A stretch of DNA of 64,000 nt from Octopus sinensis (lineage: Eukaryota), in NCBI RefSeq assembly GCF_006345805.1, contig NC_043008.1, positions 31,248,001 to 31,312,000 of the forward strand. Reading direction: 5' to 3'. The position numbers and the translations under genes were made by a program. The notes below the pieces were generated by a model, which searched no databases, was not told where the DNA came from, and saw nothing but the letters and a program-made list of their open reading frames with translations. Positions 38,511-51,387 of the stretch are shown here, piece by piece; position 1 is the first letter of the stretch, and each line of letters starts with the position of its first letter.

Positions 38511-40804
38511 ATTTTTAGTTTCTGGTTTCATTATTCCTTAAAGACTAAGGTAGTGAACTGGCTGAATCATTAGCACACCAGACAAAATGCATAGCAGCAT
38601 TTTGTCCGTCCTTACGTTCTGCATTCAGATTTTGCTGAGGTTGACTTTGCCTTTCGTCCTTTCAGGGTCAATAAAATAAGTACTAGTTGAATACTGGGGT
38701 TGATGTAATTGACTATTCCCCTCCCCCAAATTCCAGGCCTTGTGCCTATAATAGAAAGGATTATTTCTTAAAGACCAGTTGCATTTGGGTAAATTTTGGT
38801 CCAAAGATGTTTCATGATTTTTGAAAGTATCATGTTGACAGATTCTTAACTCAAAAGGATTTTTTAGTCAATCCAAGATAATCCTTAGAAACTGAATTAT
38901 TAATTGTATAATACTTTCTCAGAGGAAATAAACATCAGAGATGCTTTTCCCCCTCTGAAACTGTAGGAGCTAGATGGAAGGGCTGGGCAGCCAATTTCAG
39001 TAGAGAATGATACAGTGCATCATCATTTGACAAGTGCATCATCTACCATATCCTGATGTTAACAATAAGCTATCAGTTTGAAAGACAAATTATTTAATGA
39101 GAAACTTACAAGTTTAAATCAATTTGACCCTTTCGTTACCAACCCGACTGAAACCGGCTCTGGCTCTCAGTACAAATGTCTTGTTTTTATAAGTTTTGAA
39201 TTAAAATCTTCCACCAAATCGTAGTCACAATTTTATGTTCCTCCTAACACTAGCTGAATGATAACTAGGTTATTTTACTAAATTCTTTGTTATATTTAAA
39301 GTAATTGAAAGAAACACAGAGCATCTCAAAATAAATACAGTAACTAAAGGGATAAAACAATTACACAAACAAGAATTGGCTGTTAATTACTGTATAGATA
39401 ACTATTTAAGGTTTTTACCAATGTTTGCTTTTTTCTGTAGCGGAATTACGTTCTCAACTATAATTTAATTCTTATTTTTATAATTGTATGGTATTTATAA
39501 TTTTTCAGAAAATACTTATCTAATAAGAAATGTTCAACCAGTTTGGTATTCATTGAGACTGAATAGAGCATTAAATCAAAGAGTTTTATGTTTTCCTTTA
39601 TTCCATTTCTGACAATTAGTGTTGTAATTTATGATTTAATTGTATTCTTAAAACCATTGCATCTCACCCCTTCATTATAATAAAAGGGTGCTTTCTTGAA
39701 GGTTGATTGATCATATACTGGATAGCTGTATACATTTTCACTAAATTATTAATAATAGCATGTGGATGATTTGAAGCAATATTTATGTACTGTAATTAAT
39801 TCTTATTTGGCTTCCTGAAAGGAGAGTGTTTATCTGTTTCTAAATCTAAAATAATGTCTAAAATTAAAATGAACTTCATTTGAATTTGTATCAGCTGTAT
39901 ACTTTAGGTGTTAGCCTTTGAATAATTCAATGAGATCTTTTCTGGAACTTAACTATTGGGTTCTTATTTCATATATATGATATTTTGATCCTTTTTTTTT
40001 TATTTTCAATTGCTGTAGGATCAATAAAATGTGAAACTCTGCCATGATCTATGAAATTTCAGCTTAAAATACATTATTTATAATTACAACATGGAAAACT
40101 TATATTAGCCATTAAAAAACACACAGAGACTATCAACTTTATTGAAACTGTCAAAAGCTTCAGTAAAGTTGACAGTCTTTGTGTGTTTTGAAATGGTTAA
40201 TGTATGTCTTCTATGCTGTAATTGTTTTACTTTCAGCAGACAATCTCAGATCAAATATCAAATCATTTGCCTGGAAAATACACCTCCAAAATTGTGTGCA
40301 TGTGAGTGGGTGTTAATATTTTGTTTCATTTGTTGGACTGTGGCCATGCTGAGGCACCACCTTGAAGGGTTTAGTTGAACAAATTGACCCCAGCACTTTC
40401 TTTTTTTTTTTTTTTTATTAAGTCTGGTATTTATGCAGACTGTTTCTCTTGCCAAAGCACTAACTTACAGGGATGTATACAAATAAACACCAGCTGTCAA
40501 GCTGTTGTGCAGAATAAATGCAAATACACACACAAATATGTGACAAACATCTCTGTTTTGATCTACCAAATCTACTCAGAATGTTTTGGTCAGCTCAAGG
40601 CTATAGTAGAAGACGCATTAGGTGCTGTGTTGTGGAACTGAACCCAAAAGCTATGTGGTTGAGAAAGAAACTTCTTACCACACAGCCATGCCTGCATCTA
40701 TATCCACACACACACACACACACACACAGACATATGAGAGTAAGATGGATAAGCGAAAGAAAGTGACACTCAACACATTTGATAGTTACATGTATTATTT
40801 AATA

Positions 40805-41104
40805 ACAGTTTGACTTAACCCTATGCAACTTAAAGTTTCATAGACTCATAGAACAAACTTAACTCACAACACATCTGAAGATCAAGTAACATTGAAAATA
40901 TTTCAAGATGGCTTCTAGGTTTTAGGCCTGTAATAGTTACTCAGGTTATATGGTGTTATTGGTATGGAAGCAACATAAGTTCTTGGTTCTTAGGCCCATG
41001 TGGTGGGACAGGATATTGGTAGGTAGTTCTCTTGTCTCGTTATTTGCTCTCCAGATACCTGGAGCCTATGAAACTTTAAGATGCACTGAGTTGAGTGAAA
41101 CTGT
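40805..41104. mobile_element. 300-bp TIR element flanked by TA (Tc1/mariner-type MITE candidate)
   Basis: ACAGTTTGACTTAACCCTATGCAACTTAAAGTTTCATAGACTC is matched by an inverted copy ending AAACTGT; TA at 40803-40804 and 41105-41106. Confidence 0.65.
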
Positions 41105-41139
41105 TACCAAATAATAATGATGATGATAATAATGTATAT

Positions 41140-41700
41140 CAAAAGAAGAAAGTATTACTCATATAGTAAATGAATGTAGTATGCGGCACAGAAAGAATGC
41201 AAGAAAAGACATGACAACCTAGGGAGAGTAATCTTCTGGGAGTTATGTAGAAAGCTAGGATTTGACCATACTGATAAATGGTATGAATATGAACCTAGTA
41301 AAGTACTAGAAAGTAAGAAATATAAGATGTTGTGGGACTTCAACATTCAGACTGACAGAGTAATAGAAGCTAAAATGCCTGATTTAGTAGTAGTAGTAGT
41401 AGTAGATAAAGAGAATAGTAAGTGCCATATAATTGACTTTATTGTCCCAAATGATGAGAAAGTCGATTTGAGAGGTATAGAGAAAGTAGCAAAATTGCAG
41501 GACCTTGCCATTGTGGTACAGAAGCTATGGAAAGTGCAGGTAAAATGTATCCCTGTTGTGCAGTAGGAACTATTCCTAAAGATTTGAACAGATGGAGAGA
41601 GGAAATAGGCATAAAACCTAGTTTAGTACAGCTCCAGAAAAAAAGTGTTATTAGGGACAGCTTGAATACTTAGGAGAGTTCTTGGCATCTAAAGTTACTT
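41140..41700 (+). mobile_element. R4/Dong-type non-LTR retrotransposon 3' fragment (restriction-like endonuclease)
   Basis: EESITHIVNECS, KRHDNLGRVIFWELCRK, WYEYEP, LWDFNIQTDRVIEAKMPDLVVV...IIDFIVP...EKVAKLQDL and GTA*ILRRVL: CCHC tail plus PD-(D/E)xK domain. Confidence 0.85.
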
Positions 41701-41779
41701 GCTGCAGCCTGATGTTAGGAAATTTTATTTTCCAACAGTTTAATCTGTTGTGTGTATATGAAATAATAATAATAATAAT

Positions 41780-42426
41780 AATCCTTTCTACTATAGGCAC
41801 AAGGCTTGAAATTTGGTGGGAGGTGCTAGTTGATTGCATCAAGCCCAATGCTCTACTGGAACTTATTTCATCAACCCCGAAACGATGAAATGCAAAGTCA
41901 ACTTTCGCAGCATTTGAACTCAGAATATAAAGCAAGAAGAAATGTTGCTAAGCATTTTGTTCAGTGCAGTAATAGTTCTGTCAGGTCATCGCCTTAATAA
42001 TAATTGTTTCAAATTTTGGCACTAGAACAGTAATTTTGAGGGTGGGTTTAAATCAATTACATTGATCCCAGTGCTAAACTGATACTTACTTTATTGACCC
42101 TGAATGGATGAAAAACAAAGCTGACCTCAACAGAATTGAACATAAAGACAGATGAAATGCTGCTAGGCATTTTTCTTGAATGCTAACTATTCTGCTAGTA
42201 CACTGCCTTAATGGTTTTAAATGTTGGCACAAAACCAGCAGTTTGGGGTGGGGGTACGTCAATTACATTGATCCCAGTGCTCACCTGGTACTTATTTTAT
42301 CAACCCTCAAAAGGATGAAAGGCAAAGTCAACCTTGATGCAATTTGAACTTAGAACATAAAAGTGGATGAAATATCACTAAGCATTTTTGCCTGGCACGC
42401 TAAAGATTCTGCCAGCTCACAGCCTT
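41780..42426 (-). mobile_element. Three head-to-tail SINE family B copies
   Basis: Units at about 41780-41996, 42004-42208 and 42212-42426, separated or flanked by (TAA)n. Confidence 0.85.
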
Positions 42427-43544
42427 AATAATAATAATAATGATGATAACAACAATAATATATATATATGTATGAGAGAGATAGACAATGTAACTTGATT
42501 GGTTCCTTTGTGAGTTCTGTATGATAAATATCTTTATGTAAATAGTCTGTGTTATAAATGTATTTCTGTGTATATGTTATAAATATGTATTTCTGTGTAC
42601 ATGTGTCTATATGAATGTGGATATACCTGTGATGTGGGTCCTTTATAAAACATGTATTCTTACATATGTCACAATATCATTTTCATACAACTTCTCTTGT
42701 AGCCACAAATCAAGTTTGATCTCTTCTTTTCTTAGTTTCTTTCACTAAACAGCTTCTGCTTTTTATAATAACATAATCATTATTGAGTTTTGTGACATCA
42801 TTACTGTCTTGTATTTTCTTTTTCCATTTATATTTGTTTTGTTATTGTGAGCATTTAAATGCTTTCTATCTGTTCAACATGCTGTTAAGGAGTTGTGTGT
42901 TATAGTAACAGTACATGCTGCGCCTTGACATCTTTGGATTTGATGTTTAAATCACAGCATTCTACATCTGTGTGCATGTGTGTGTATCTCTTGGGATGTT
43001 TTTGTGTCTGCATTTCTCTCCGATAGAAAGAGGTAACCTTGATCCCTTCTAAGTAGCTAGTTATCCCTCATATTTTTACTGCAGTTTTTTTTTGTTTTTA
43101 ATATTTTTGCTATTGTTGTGTGCGTGTGTGTATGTGTAAGACTGACAGAAATGACAGCAGGATGTAGTGTATTGTTTTTGTAAATTATATTTTTAAATAT
43201 TTATGTTTAAAACTATAAAATTTATATGTACAACACCTCTCTCTCTCTCATTCTCCTTCACTTTTCCCTTTCTCTCTCTCTTTCTTCCTTTCTCTCTCTC
43301 TCTTGCTCTCTTATTCTCCTCCCAACGTTTTTGCTTCATCTTTCTCTCACTTCTTATTATATGTTTATCTTAGTGCTCTTCTGAATTGATTCTCCGTCAG
43401 TCTCAATGATGAGCATTCAGTTGTTTCAATCAACTTCATTCCTATTTATGAAATTAATGGACAAGCAGCTTAGTATATCTCTAAGTATGAGTTCCTTTAT
43501 GCAGTTCTGGGGCCAAATCAGCATGACAGAATGTGACAAGCTTG

Positions 43545-43980
43545 GAGCTTTCAGTAAGGGGTACAATTCAGAGGGATAGGGTAGAGTGGAGAATTGATCC
43601 CTGTACTGGGCTGTTGTTTTATTTATCGACTCTGGGAGAGTGAAAAGCAAAATTGACCATAGCAGGATTTGAACTCAGTAAATGGTTAGAATGAATACTG
43701 TAAGGCATTCTATCCTAAGCTCTAATAATTCTAGCCATCACTAGAAATCAAAAATTATTATTATTATTAATGCATCAAGCTGGCAGATTCGTTAACTTGC
43801 CAGACAAAATGCTTAGGCAGCATTTCATCTGTTTTCATGTTCTGATTTTGAATTCTGTTGCAGTCAGCTTTGCCTTTCATCCTTTTGAGATCAATAAAAT
43901 AAGTAGCAGTTGAACATGGGTCAATGTAATCAATTTATTCCATCCCCTGAAATTGCTGGCCTTGTGCCAAAATTTAAAAT
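43545..43980. mobile_element. Two divergent SINE family B copies (43545-43735 minus; 43772-43980 plus)
   Basis: Family B motifs in opposite orientations separated by (TTA)n. Confidence 0.8.
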
Positions 43981-44011
43981 CATCCTCATCATTATTATTA
44001 TTATTATTATT

Positions 44012-45678
44012 CAGTAGTTTTATTTTTATAACATGCGTTCACTTCACTACCGAGCACAGCTCTGTGTGCCTTGGGTGCTTTGCTGTGATGCTCTGATGGT
44101 TACTGTATTGAGTGTTTTGCATAGGATATGTGCAGTGCCCAATAGTGCAATTTTCTGTATGTTGTATATAGTTGTAAGTACTGGTGTTTTTGTTATGTAT
44201 TTGTCTGAATGGTTTTTTTATCATACCTAATGCACCCACTATGATAGGAATTGTTTCTGTTTTTAGATTCTACATTTGAGTTACCTCTATTTTCAGGTCT
44301 TTGTATTTTGAAAGTTTCTCCATTTCTTTTAGAGAAACGTTGTCATCTGCTGGTATTGATACATTAATTAGAAAGCATTTTTTCTCTTCATGATCTCTGA
44401 CAACTATATCTGGCATATTGGCCTTAATTTCTCTATCTGTGTGTATTGGCATATCCCATAGTATGGTTGCTTTCTCATTTTCTGTGACCTTTTCTGGCGT
44501 GTGCTTATACCATCTTTTTTCTGTTGTTATTCCATAATGTTGGCATAGCTTCCAGTGTATGTAGGTCCCAACTCTGTCGTGCCTGTGAATATATTCCTTC
44601 TTAGCCAGGAATAGGCAACCAGAGATAATGATTTATTGTTTCTTGTCCATCTCCACATATTCTGCAGTTACTTGTTATGTTTCTTTTCATTATATGTTTT
44701 TGGTAATTTCTGGTAGGGAGGCTTTGGTCTTGTGCTGCAATTAAAAATCCTTCAGACTCTGCTTTGAGTCTTGAGCTTTTCAGCCATTGCTGGAATTTTT
44801 CTCTGTCTATTTCTTTTGCGTTTAGTTTAGCCCAGTATTTTCCATGAAGCGGCTTTTCTTGCCATCGTTTTATCAAAGTCCGTTGCTGGTCTAGTTTTAG
44901 TTTGGATTTCATTTCTTTTATAACTTTTGTTGTTTCTTCTTCTTCATATTTGTTAGGTAGTATGACTTCTTGTTTGTATTTGTCAGCTTCCTTAAATACT
45001 GAAAACAGTTTTTTGTTATGCTCATGTTCTGTGGCTATTTATATTAGTTTTCCTTGCTTCTGAAGTTGTTTCCAGCTGTATAAGGCCTCTACCACCTTCT
45101 GTACATTGTATATATAGCCTTTTTGTGCCAGATTTTGGGTGGTGCACCTTAGATCCTTTCATTGTTTTTTTTGTTTTCCTGTCTATTTTGGTTAGTTCAT
45201 TTAATGTCCAGTTAAGGATATTGTAGCTGTAACTTATAACTGGGACGGCTAGAGTGTTGATACCTATTATCTTGTTCTTAGCATTGAGCTCTGTTTTCAG
45301 TATCACTCTAACTCGTCTATAGTATTCTTGCTTTATTTTCTCTTTTATTTGTGTGTGTTGTATCATATCTAGTTCATTGATTCCTAAATATTTGTATGTC
45401 TGGCTTCGGTCTAATTCTCTTATTTCATTGGCTTTATCTAGTATGATTTTCCTATTCTTAACTAGTTTTCCTCTTTTCAAGGTTGCTTTGGCACATTTTT
45501 CTAAGCCAAATTTCATATTTATTTCTTTGTTAAATCCTTGTACTGTCTGTAGTAGTGTTTCCAGCTGTTTATCATTTGTAGCGTATAGTTTTAGGGCATC
45601 CATATATAAGAGGTGGCTGATTGTTTTGCCGTAACATTTGTATCTGCATCCAGTTCTAAATAGCATGTTAGATAAAGG
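44012..45678 (-). mobile_element. R4/Dong-type non-LTR retrotransposon, 5'-truncated and decayed (RT C-terminal half, CCHC, RLE)
   Basis: ISHLLYMDALKLYA (YMDD changed to YMDA), KFGLEKCA, YKYLG, GGRGLIQLE, LHGKY, ESEGFLIAAQDQSLPTRNY, CRICGDGQETINH, TDREIKANMPDIVV, KEMEKLSKYKDL; (TAA)n at both junctions. Confidence 0.92.
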
Positions 45679-45717
45679 TATTGTTGTTATTATTATTGTT
45701 ATTATTATTATTATTAA

Positions 45718-45928
45718 TGCAGCAAGCTAGCGGAGTCATTAGCATGCTGAGCAAAATGCTTAGTGGGCTTTCGTCTGTCTTTATGTTCTGAGTTCAAATT
45801 CCAGAGGTTGACTTTGCCTTTCATCCTTTTGGGTTCAATAAAATAAGTACTGGTCGAATACTGAGGTTGGCGTAACTGACTTAACCCCTCCCCAGAAATT
45901 GCTGGCCTTGTGCCAAAATTTGAAATCA
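45718..45928 (+). mobile_element. SINE family B
   Basis: Family B motifs immediately after a (TTA)n tract. Confidence 0.85.
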
Positions 45929-46709
45929 TCATCATCATTATAAGGGCAGTGGGTTGGCAGAGTTAGAATGTTGGACAAAGTCTTATAGCATTTGTTCTAG
46001 CTCTTTAGGTTCTGAATTCCAAGTCCTCCTAAGGTCAACAAGTACAAGTTAAACAGTGGAACTGGTTTAACCATATAACTTATTCCTGCAAATTTGTGGC
46101 CTTGTACCTGTTATTTTAGATGTTATTTATAATAATAGAGTAGTAGGGATAAAAGCAATAGAATATTGATGAACTGTTTCATTTTGTCCCTCTGGTTTCT
46201 GCAAGGGTAAAAATCATATAAAATAAACACTGGTTTGACATTGAAATCTACATAACAAATTGTATTCTCTTATTTTATAAAATGGGAACAGAGTTCTGGG
46301 TAATCAGTAAAATCTGCTTTCATTTCAAAAATAACCCTAATTGATGTGGTAAAGGGCAGCAAATTGAGCTGTTGTGGTTCTTATTCTCTCCATAGGTATT
46401 TGGGGGTAGCAACAGTAAGTAACTTAGCATTTTATTTTCTATCAAATAATATCAGGTGTAGAAGCCACATGTAGCAACCTTTTCTTCCTCTCTCTTTTTC
46501 TCTCCATCAATATAGTTGTTTTCTTTTTCTCTCTCAGATATATATATATATATTGATTGATCGATTGATTGTTGATATATCATCTGAAGATATCTGTTCA
46601 CTCCAGCATGAAACTTGAAGTGATAGAAGAGCAGTCAGCTTCAACTATATTTGTCAACGTTTCATCATTTCATTTATGCCTGCTTTACCATGCTTTCATA
46701 GGTTATACA

Positions 46710-46740
<31 letters not shown>

Positions 46741-47409
46741 AACGTGTAATTTTTTATGGATTTGGTCAAAAGGGAAGGGCTTTTGTAGGTCCCTCTGAAG
46801 CTAAGGGGATTGATCCGATTAATATTTCTTTTCAGCATACTTTCAAATGTGCTCACATGCACATACACTTTTTGTGTGTGTGTGTGTGTGTGTGTGTATT
46901 GATTCGATATCATCATAAACGCAATTCGAGCTAAGCTTAAAAAAATGGTGACATTGTTTGCATTTTCCTATAAAACAAATGCTTTATAGGTCAGCAGCCA
47001 TATAAAGACCAATGGAATGTAAAATACCTGCACTTGAAAGACAAGTGGTATTTGGCAACAGGCATAAAACATCCTACTGTAGAAAATCTACATCAATAGG
47101 CTTTGTCCAATTCATAGCAGTATACAAACACAGACATAAATATAGATGATGATGATGATGACATATATCATCATCATCATCATTTAATGTCCGTTCTCCA
47201 TGCTGGTATGAGTTGAATGGTTTGAAGGAGCTGGCCAGCTGGAGAGCTGCTGGTTCCATTTCCCTTTTTTGGCATAGTTTCTAGCAATAGATGTCCTTCC
47301 TAACACCAACCATTTTACAGTGTATGCTGGGTGCTTTTATGTGGCACGAGCCCGACAAGCCTGCAAGACTAGGATCTCTCATCTGAGAGAGGCATGATGA
47401 TGATATACA

Positions 47410-48141
47410 TCATTATCATCATCATTGTTTAATATCCGCTTTCCATGCTGGCATGGGTTGGATGGTTTGACTGAGGATTGTGGCAAGCATGGAGGTGACA
47501 CCAGGCTCCAATCTGTTCTGGCAAGGTTTCTACAGCTGGGTGTCCTTCCTAATGCCAACCACTCTGAGAGTGTATCGAGTGTGTTTTACATGCCACCAGC
47601 ACGGGGGCCAGTCAGGCAGCACTGGCATCAACCGCACTTGAATGGTGCTTCTTACATGCCATCAGCTTGGGAGCCAGTCAGGCGGCACTGGCATCAACCA
47701 CGACAACAATTTCACTTGACTCAACAGGTCTTCTCAAGCACAGCATATTGCCCAACAATTGGAGGGTAATTTTAAATGGGCTTCAATTGACTCGGCAGGT
47801 CTTCTTAAGCACAACATATTGTCCAATGATTGAAGGGTACTTTTAAATGGGTCAGTTATGCGATACTGGCATCGGCCACAGCTATGATCTCTCTTGGCTT
47901 GCCAGGTCTTCTCATGCACAGCTTATCTCCAAAGGTCTCAGTCACTTGTCATTGCTTCTGTGAGGCCCAATGTTCGAAGGTCATGCTTCACCACCTCATT
48001 CCATATCTTCCTGGGTCTACTTCTTCCACAGGTTCTCTCCACTGTTAGTGTGTGACACTTCTTCATACAGCTGACCCCATCCATATGCAACACATGACCA
48101 TACCAGCTCAGTCATCTCTCTTGCACACTACATCTGATGCT
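47410..48141 (-). mobile_element. RTE LINE 3' end with internally duplicated 3' UTR and (GAT)n tail
   Basis: SIRCSVQER*LSWYGHVLHMDGVSCMKKCHTLTVERTCGRSRPRKIWNEVVKHDL; UTR-only copies of this tail at about 2455-2700, 22780-22990, 34285-34480, 47160-47370, 48780-48970 and 49360-49710. Confidence 0.88.
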
Positions 48142-49072
48142 CATATGTTTGTATATTATATATAAGTATGCATGTATATTATAGGTATGTGTATCTAAGT
48201 ATATTATGTATGTGTATGTATATCATATGAAATATATATATATATATATATATATATACCTGCATGTTACCAGAGATACTCATAACAGACAGGACTTGAA
48301 GAGATCTAATTCTACTGCTTACTTGGTGGATTGTGTGTGTTTGTTGATGTGCTTTTTGGGGTGGGGGTGGATTTTTTTAAACATTTGTCTCCAGATGGCA
48401 GCAGCTGTTTGATGACTAACTTTTTACTCACTGTATTGATTTTTCTGACACTCTCACTACCATCACTCCAACACAGTCTTCAACAATGACGCACATGTAC
48501 ACACACCACAAAATAATGATTTTATTTTTCTCCTCTTACTCCCAGTCTATCTTTTTTTTCTCAACAGGGAATCCTCTTGGTGGTTGATCAACCTGTTCAA
48601 AACACCAGCCAAATCTCCCTCAAATTACAGCTTTAATTTGGGATACATTGATAGTGTTTCTAAGGTACGGTGTAATTGCAAATGTTAGACAATCATGGCT
48701 GGAATAACTTTGATCATTAGTATACTCCACCAGGGTTGACTTGGAGGTTAAACAACAACACAGACCAGTGTACCTATTAAAATCATCATCATCATGCGTC
48801 CATTTTCCAAACTGGCATGGGTTGGACAGTTTGACTCGAGCTGGCAAGCTGGGGAGTTGCACTAGGCTCCAGACTGATTTGGTATGGTTTCTTAAAGCCA
48901 ACCACTTTACAAAATGTGCCAAGGTGCTCGCACAAGCACTGTTACATGGCACCAGCACAAGTGCTTTTTACATGGTATCAACAGTGGTGTTAAGGTGAAA
49001 GCAACATACAAAGAAGTGATTTGAGCCCCCTCTCACTTTATATTTTCTTCTTTTCGCTTGTTTGTATTGTCA

Positions 49073-49355
49073 GTTGTTGTTAATATTTGATAAAGCACTT
49101 CTGTGTAGACTGTTGTCAATTATGTGATAATGCTCTTCAATGTAGGCTGTTGTCATTTATCAATGCTATAATGCACCTCTCTGTTGGCTGTTGTCATTTG
49201 TCAATATCTGATAATGCACTTCAGTGCTGGTTGTTGTCAGTTACTACTTTGTGATAATGCATTTTCATGTGGGCAGTCACATCTATCAACATGCAGTGAT
49301 ACAATCAAATTTGAATCTTACTGATGTGATGATGCACTCAAGTTTAGGCTGTTAC
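49073..49355. repeat. Degenerate ~37-43-bp minisatellite (CTGTTGTCA...GATAATGCAC core), 5-6 units
   Basis: Recurring GCTGTTGTCA and GATAATGC motifs at regular spacing. Confidence 0.7.
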
Positions 49356-50833
49356 ATCTTCATCATCATCTAATGTCTGCTTTCCATGCTGGCATGGGTT
49401 GGACAGTTTCACTGAAAACTGGTACGCCAGTCTAATTTGGCATGGTCTCTATGGCTGGATGCCCTTCCAAGAGTGTAGTGGGTGTTTTTTACATGCCACT
49501 GGCACAGGTGCCATTGACATGATACCAGCATTGGCCACAACTACAATCTCACTTGACTTGACATGTCTTCTCAAGCACCGTATATCACCAAAGGTCTCAG
49601 TCACTTGTCGCTGCCTTCATGAGGCCCAACACTTGAACGGTGCTTTTTATGTATGACTGGCATGGGTACCAGTCAGATGGCACTGGCATCGGCCATGACT
49701 ACAATTTCCTGATTTCTGCAGCAGTCACCTCTGGCCATATATGGAGATACATTCAAGTGTATAGCAATAGATATTGGATCATATATATAAAGATTAGAAA
49801 TCTGCAGTAGGCTGGTATCTTATCTAGTGAAAGATGTATTTATCATTTTACTAATCTCAAGGTATTAGATCAAAGCACCTGTCCATTGTAACATCTCAGA
49901 AATTTGGAAATATTTACATTTTCAGTTCCCTCTGTTGGAACCTTTCTGGCTAGGTTTTCAATCTTTGGATAACTTCCTCCACTGACTACCCAATTAAAAA
50001 TTGTTTTTAAAAATCACTTGGCCATTGGACAAGTACCTGGCAAAGAACAGTCTACAAGAGAAAAAAGTCAGTCATAAAGACAATGAAGAAATAACTTTTA
50101 GAGCAACCGTACAATAATCATATCAGTATAGTAAAGTGAAAGAAACAAATCTTGTGAGCCAACTTTTTGCAGGTGTAGCTGTCTTAACAAGTTAGTTTCC
50201 AAACCACATAGTTCTGGGTTCAGTCCCACTGCATAGCACTCTGGGTATGTCTTCTACTATGCTCCTAGGCTGACCAAAGCCTTTTGAGTGGATTTTGTAG
50301 ATAGAAACTGAAAAAAGCCTGTTGTATATGTATGTATGTATGTGTGTACGTGTGTGTGTATGTATGTATATATATATATAATGTGTCTTAGTGTTTGTCC
50401 CCTGCCTTTGTTTTACAACTGGTGTTGGTTTGTTTATGTCCGTGTAACTGAATGGCTTGGCCAAAAGAGACCACTAGAATAAATACCTAACTTTAAAAAA
50501 ATGAGTGCTGGAGTCAATTTGTCTGACTAAACACTTCAAGGTGATGCCCCAGCATGGTCACAGTCTAATGACTGAAACCAGTAAAAGATAAAAGATGTGC
50601 CAAAAGCTTGCAATTCAGAAACACCATAGTTTCTACAGGACTGTTTAGGGTAGATTGCCAGCTATGGAAACTATGAGCTACATGTATAAATTAATATTTT
50701 TTTTTTACATATTGGAATTGTTTTCAGTACATACTTGATCTAATTAAAACTAAAAGTCATATGACTAGAGATCTTTATATATGTATTTATTGAAATAGTT
50801 GTATGAATGTCCACACCTTGTCTAATTAAACCA

Positions 50834-51387
50834 GGTGGCAGAATTCTGGTTTAAACACCCCATATAACTCCTCATAATCTTTGTATTTTTTTGAATTTTC
50901 AGAAAATTTTTGCGAATTTGTGTTCATACAATTATGAAAATTTTAAAAAATTTTTATCCCATTTCCAACTCTAAAAGCTCCACTCCTTTACAAATTTTCT
51001 TTTTAAATCTGAGTTTAAAATACAGACAGTCCAGAATTTTTGCTTAAATTCTAGCAATGGACTACCCTTGGGTGCATCATCATTCCATAAAATGCATTTA
51101 TGGGAAGAAAAATATTGTAAAACATCAATGCATTTCTGAGTGACAAAGAAACAAAAAAAGTATCAGGCCTTGGGATGTATTAAAAACAACAGTTAAATCA
51201 CCTTTAGATCATGCACAAAAAATTTGTCCTTTTTGTTTGTTTATTTGTTTTGTTTTTTGTTTTTTTTTTGTTTTTTTTCCACATGAATTCCTGTGTGTAA
51301 AATACATTCAGAAAATTTTCTGAAAATTTCAAAAAATGTAAGTCTTGAGGAATTGGTTATATGGGGTGCTTAGACCAGAATTCCACC
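50834..51387. mobile_element. ~550-bp element with ~75-bp imperfect terminal inverted repeats
   Basis: GAATTCTGGTTTAAACACCCCATATAAC...TTTTTTGAATTTTCAGAAAATTT is matched by AAATTTTCTGAAAATTTCAAAAAA...GTTATATGGGGTGCTTAGACCAGAATTC. Confidence 0.7.
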
